From Rhynchopus sp. YZ270_cl-10 (taxonomy: Eukaryota): a stretch of 64,000 nucleotides of DNA. The position numbers were made by a program, and so were the translations under genes. The stretch is taken from NCBI GenBank assembly GCA_964035575.1, contig OZ037840.1:744001-808000 (forward strand). Direction: 5' to 3'. Shown one piece after another: positions 59,646 to 64,000 of this stretch. The notes beneath the pieces are model-generated. The model made no database searches. It saw only the letters and a program-made list of their open reading frames with translations, and was not told the DNA's origin. Within the stretch, counting starts at the first letter, position 1. The number at the start of each line of letters is the position of its first letter.

Positions 59646-60204
59646 GGGGGTGGGGTGGGGTGGGGTGGGGGTGGGGGAATAAAAAAAAATGTTTGAGAGT
59701 TGTGGGGGAGGAGGGGAAGGGGGGGTGGGTAGATGCAGAGAGGGTGACGGGAAAAGCTGCTCAAAATAGGTTTTATTGACCAGGAGAGACCCGGGGTGTG
59801 GAGGGAAACACTTCTCAAGGTGCTTGCATCTTCGAAAAATAAATAAATTTTCAGCATGTTCCAAAACACAGTAACGATAGTGGTAAATATGTGACGACAC
59901 ATTTCATTTTACAATTTTTTTTTCTTCATTTCCTTTAGTGGTAACAAGTGTGTGTGCAAGGGCACATACACCTTTCGATTGTTTCAATGTTTTTCCACAA
60001 CCTTCCTTCAACCCCTGTAGGGTCATAACCTAGGGTGAGGTGGGGTATGGTATTGACATTGATGTAGCAATTTCTTGTTTTTGTTTTTGTTTTTTGTGTT
60101 TTTTTTTCTTTTTTTTTTGTTTTCCGATGAAAAATAGAAGCTTTAAGTAGAAGAGGTACCACATGATCGCACAGAGCATAGGCCTGATGGCATTCACCCA
60201 CTAT

Positions 60205-60341
60205 GTAAAGGGACATTATTGACGACTGTAATCGTAAAAATTATCGACCGTAAAAAAGGTCGAACTTCCAGAAAAATCCTGAAAAGGTCGAACATTAGTA
60301 CGGTCGATAATTTTTACGATCCCGGTATGTCTGCCCTTTAA
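60205..60341. mobile_element. Small inverted-repeat element, possibly Kolobok-like
   Basis: Perfect 22-bp IR ATCGTAAAAATTATCGACCGTA (60231-60252 and 60299-60320). Outer ends GTAA-AGGG...CCCT-TTAA. Confidence 0.55.
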
Positions 60342-63174
60342 AGTACTGTACAATTCTTTCGGATAGAAACAGGGTAAATGTTAGAAACCAATCTACTTGA
60401 ATATTTCAATTTATGCACGGAAACTGTTCCTTTTTTTTCTTTTTTCTTTTAAATTTTTGCAACAAAAGAAAAAAAGGATTGGATGTATCTGAATAGAACG
60501 TCCTTTGTACTTTCTCTTCTTTGATTTGAAAGTAAATGAACGAAGACAAAAAAAAGTTTTTTAGTGGTAAAATATAGACGATTTCTTTTGATATGTGTGC
60601 ACGAGAGCCAAGTATTCAAACAAACTAAAGGGTATGTCCCATGGCTTTGTACGGTATGATTGTGCGTGCACTAGACGCATCTTCAACTTTGCAAGGGGTT
60701 TTTCTCCTTTCTCCACCTCCAAATTTTTTCACACTGCTGGATCAGACCAATTTTTCTTGTGTGTATGTGTGTGTTGTTCCCCTCTTTGAACGAGGTCCTG
60801 CTCTCTGGGGTTCGACAATCCTTTTTTGTTGAAAAATTAAAAAAAGATGCTGTTCTCAGCGTCTCTTAAGGCGATGAGAAGAACTCAAAACCTAGACGTA
60901 CTAACTGCCCAAGGCAAGGATCACAGCCTCCATTCTTGCAAAAAAAAAAAAAAATTCTTAGAACACAGCACCTTCATCTTCGGTTATTACTCCCCCCGAA
61001 TGGTGGAAGCGTGCACTGCAAACAACTGTCGAGATCAGATCAAAGTGGAACGGAAAATTTTCTCTCTTTTTTTGATAAATTGTTGGTGGTGATTGTGTTG
61101 CCACAGTTTGTGTAATCTCCACTGTTTTTTATCCAATCCTCTTGTGCAATAGTCTCGATGTATTTGTTATTTAGGTACACTGCTCACGGGGCTTTGTATT
61201 TCAACTCTACATTTATTTTTAAATGGATGTAGGCCTGCATGGTTGGGTGTCCACCCCCCGGTACAGCCGGTCATTGTACCAAGGTACACTGTTCATGAGA
61301 GAGCTGTTGCATTTCAAAGTCAATTTTTTTTTGTTTGCACGAGAGACAGAGGATCGTCTTATAGATTTTCATTTGTTTGTTTTTTTGGCGTGCTTTGCGA
61401 AGTACACGAACCAGGGGGAAATTTTTGTGATCAGGTGACTGAGCGCTTCATAAGGCTTGGGCCCGTCTTTAACAAAATGCTCCTAGCGGTGTGCCTCAGC
61501 TGTCCAATGAGGCATTTGCACTTTCAACTTTCTCAACTGAAAATTGGGTTTATATTTTGACTTCCACCCTTCCGTTTTTTTTATATTTTTCTTTCAAAGT
61601 TTTGTGATCAGGTGACTAAGCACGAGAGGCTTCGGGTCATCTTATAAACTTTTCTGGTGTGGCTGAAGGGAGGTGCTACTTTCTGCTATTTTGGGGTCGC
61701 CGGCTACACCAATTTTTCTTTTCTTTTTTCGTTCAATCCGCAACTTCACTATTTCCCCCCCTTCTTTTTTTTTGTAAAATCACACAACATGCGTAACTTA
61801 TTGCACTCTCGTTGCGAGGTTGTCTTGCAACCCTTCCCCCCTTCTTTATTTTGAAATCCTACAGTAAACCCGGTCTTTCCAGCTTTCAAACCAGGACAAT
61901 TTGTAACGACAATACTTGGACCTGGTGGTGAGTGCAGGGGGACTCTGTTCATTAAAAAGTCCCGCCCTCACTGTTTCCTTTTCCCCCCCCCAACGCGCAA
62001 CGAACACAAAAAAAATCCCAAACCCACCCCACAGCCTGCTCTAAGGCAACACATTGTAATGCAAGACTATCGTGTCAGTAGCAGCTACTGTTTAGCAAAA
62101 AAAAGAGAGGTTGTCAAAAGAAATCTTCCCTCCTTTGGTATGAGGTAACTAGGCACTACGAAGTTTCCAATTTCCACCTTCGTGTTATTGCTTCCGTGGT
62201 GTGGCTGAATGGGGGGGTGCAAAAAAAAAAAATCGCCTGGAGCAATTCGGGCATTACCTAGAAGCGTGTAGTATAGTGGTGTTCATCTTCGGGGTATCTA
62301 CACTAAAACAACCAAGTTTTCACAAAAGAGTGCGCAAGCAGTGTGAATTCACCCCCTTCAGCCACCCCAGCAAGGTTGTGTGTGCATCCAGGGCTAGCAG
62401 TATGCGCGTCAAGGTCGGAGGTGTGTGCCTGCGTCAATACCAACCATTTATTTCTTTCTTTCTGTGCAGTGCCTGCACCCGCTGTGTACGGTGAGGTGTT
62501 TGCACTTTCAACCTCTCTTTTCTCGGCAATGATAGTAGCGAAAATATGTGTGTGAATAGGCATGCTTCTTCTTTTACCGTATACAAAATGTTGGACCGGG
62601 GCTTTTTGGGGGTTTTTTTTTGAGTATTGGGAGTTTTTCTGGTCCATTTTTATTACGATCTTTTTGTTTTCTTTTCTATGATTACTTTCCCCTCGGTTTA
62701 GCTGTGGAAAAAGTGTGTTTTGCCAAAATGAAGGCAACAGCTTTTTATTTTCTTGTTCACTTACTAAGACGAAAGGTGTACAAAGGAAGTACACGGCTGG
62801 TTTTTGGCCATTCAGCATTTCTTTACTGTTGTAGGCCGCAGGGTACTTCTGTTTTTATCCGGATGGCTGGCATCGTACGTCAGTCGGAGGTGCCTGCATC
62901 AACTAGTTTCTTTTCCTTCAGATGTGTGTGCGCGAGAGGCGCATTTCATCTTCCAAGTTTTTTCTTTCTTTTCTGTGGATGGTGTGTTCCAAAACAAAAA
63001 GGTACCCCAGGGTACGCTCAGAGTCATTTGGATGATTGTTATTGTTATTTCAATGTAAAATCAAGGTGGCTACTCAAGAGAGTAGCGATAACATACAAAA
63101 AAAAAAACAAATGACTGATGAATAGACCAAAGAATAATCTAATCAGACTAAGCAAATGAGAGGCTTAGGTTCAT

Positions 63175-63323
63175 CATGGTTTGTTGTCAGACTGAGTCAG
63201 ACTGGCTCATCTCGCGCCCCTCTCGCACTCGAGTGCGCGAGAAGTGCGAGATGAGCGTGAGAGGAGTTCCGACCCTCAGCCTTTGGCCCAAAATCCGGAA
63301 AATCAGTCTGACTACAAACCATG
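63175..63323. mobile_element. MITE inserted into a family-B hairpin repeat
   Basis: TIR CATGGTTTG(T/A)GTCAGACTGA matches at 20/21. The flanking duplication is GTTCAT (6 bp), or GGTTCATC (8 bp) if the TIR starts one base in. Confidence 0.8.
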
Positions 63324-64000
63324 GTTCATCCGATAGATTAGTCTTTTATGGTACAGTGCATCGTTATTGATGTGGTGTAGCGGTGACGATCGCAACTTAC
63401 CGTGCGTTTTTTTTTTTCTTCTTTTGACTTTCCCCCCGTTTTGGACCACACCAATGAATTGAAAGACCTGAATTCCTTATTTTTTTTTGTGCGAAAACGA
63501 AAACCATCGTTTTTTTTTTTCTCCCCCAAGCGGTTTTATTGCCTATAGCGTACAACCCCACCGGGATTTTTCCTGTTTTTTTCTTCTTCAAAAACCATTT
63601 TTTTGACACAATTTTTTTTTAGAAACCACATTTACTCTATTATTTTCTTCTCGGGCACAAATGTGGGGTTTTTTTTTTTGTTGTGTTTTTTTTTTTCTTT
63701 TGTTCTCTGTGTCGAGTTGTTGCCAACAATCTTGTGACATATCAAGGACTCCTTCCTGCATTGTTTTGCAGGTATGTGGTTGGCTGTGCTGTTCTGAATG
63801 TCTTTGAAGCTCGTTTTCAACCCACGATTCGACTTTGCTTCTGGGGGTTTGTGGAGTAGTTTTTTTTTTTTTCGGGTGATTGTATTTTCTTAAGGTTTTC
63901 TTTGGAAGTGAACGCACTGCGAGGCACATCCACCTTTGGATCCTTCTTTTTGTCAAAAAAAAAAAAAAATGACAACCAACGCACAGCTTTTATTCATCCT

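Overview
Eukaryotic genomic DNA, most likely a euglenozoan such as a diplonemid. This is an inference from 13 protein genes all on the + strand, GT-AG introns with almost invariant GTATG donors, and membrane-anchored class III adenylyl cyclases. Genes reconstructed by hand: a partial cyclase-like gene, two paralogous TM adenylyl cyclases, a tandem-La-motif protein, a 5-exon TTC27/Emw1-like TPR protein, an alpha-carbonic-anhydrase-like protein lacking its Zn ligands, two tandem SGNH-hydrolase surface proteins, a 7-exon EF-hand/ADP-ribosyltransferase/coiled-coil/PDZ protein, a 2-TM hypothetical, a Plus-3 protein, a coiled-coil/SH3-like membrane protein, and an intronless 4-domain EEEE Ca channel with EF-hands in the I-II linker. 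The non-coding DNA is dense in non-autonomous terminal-inverted-repeat (TIR) elements. Several carry long 7-8-mer satellite arrays, and one nested stack fills a 6.4-kb intron. About 20 copies of two related short hairpin motifs (core CACGAGAGG(G)CTT) are dispersed through the window, all on the sense strand. All alignments, copy numbers and domain calls were made by eye; no database search was run.
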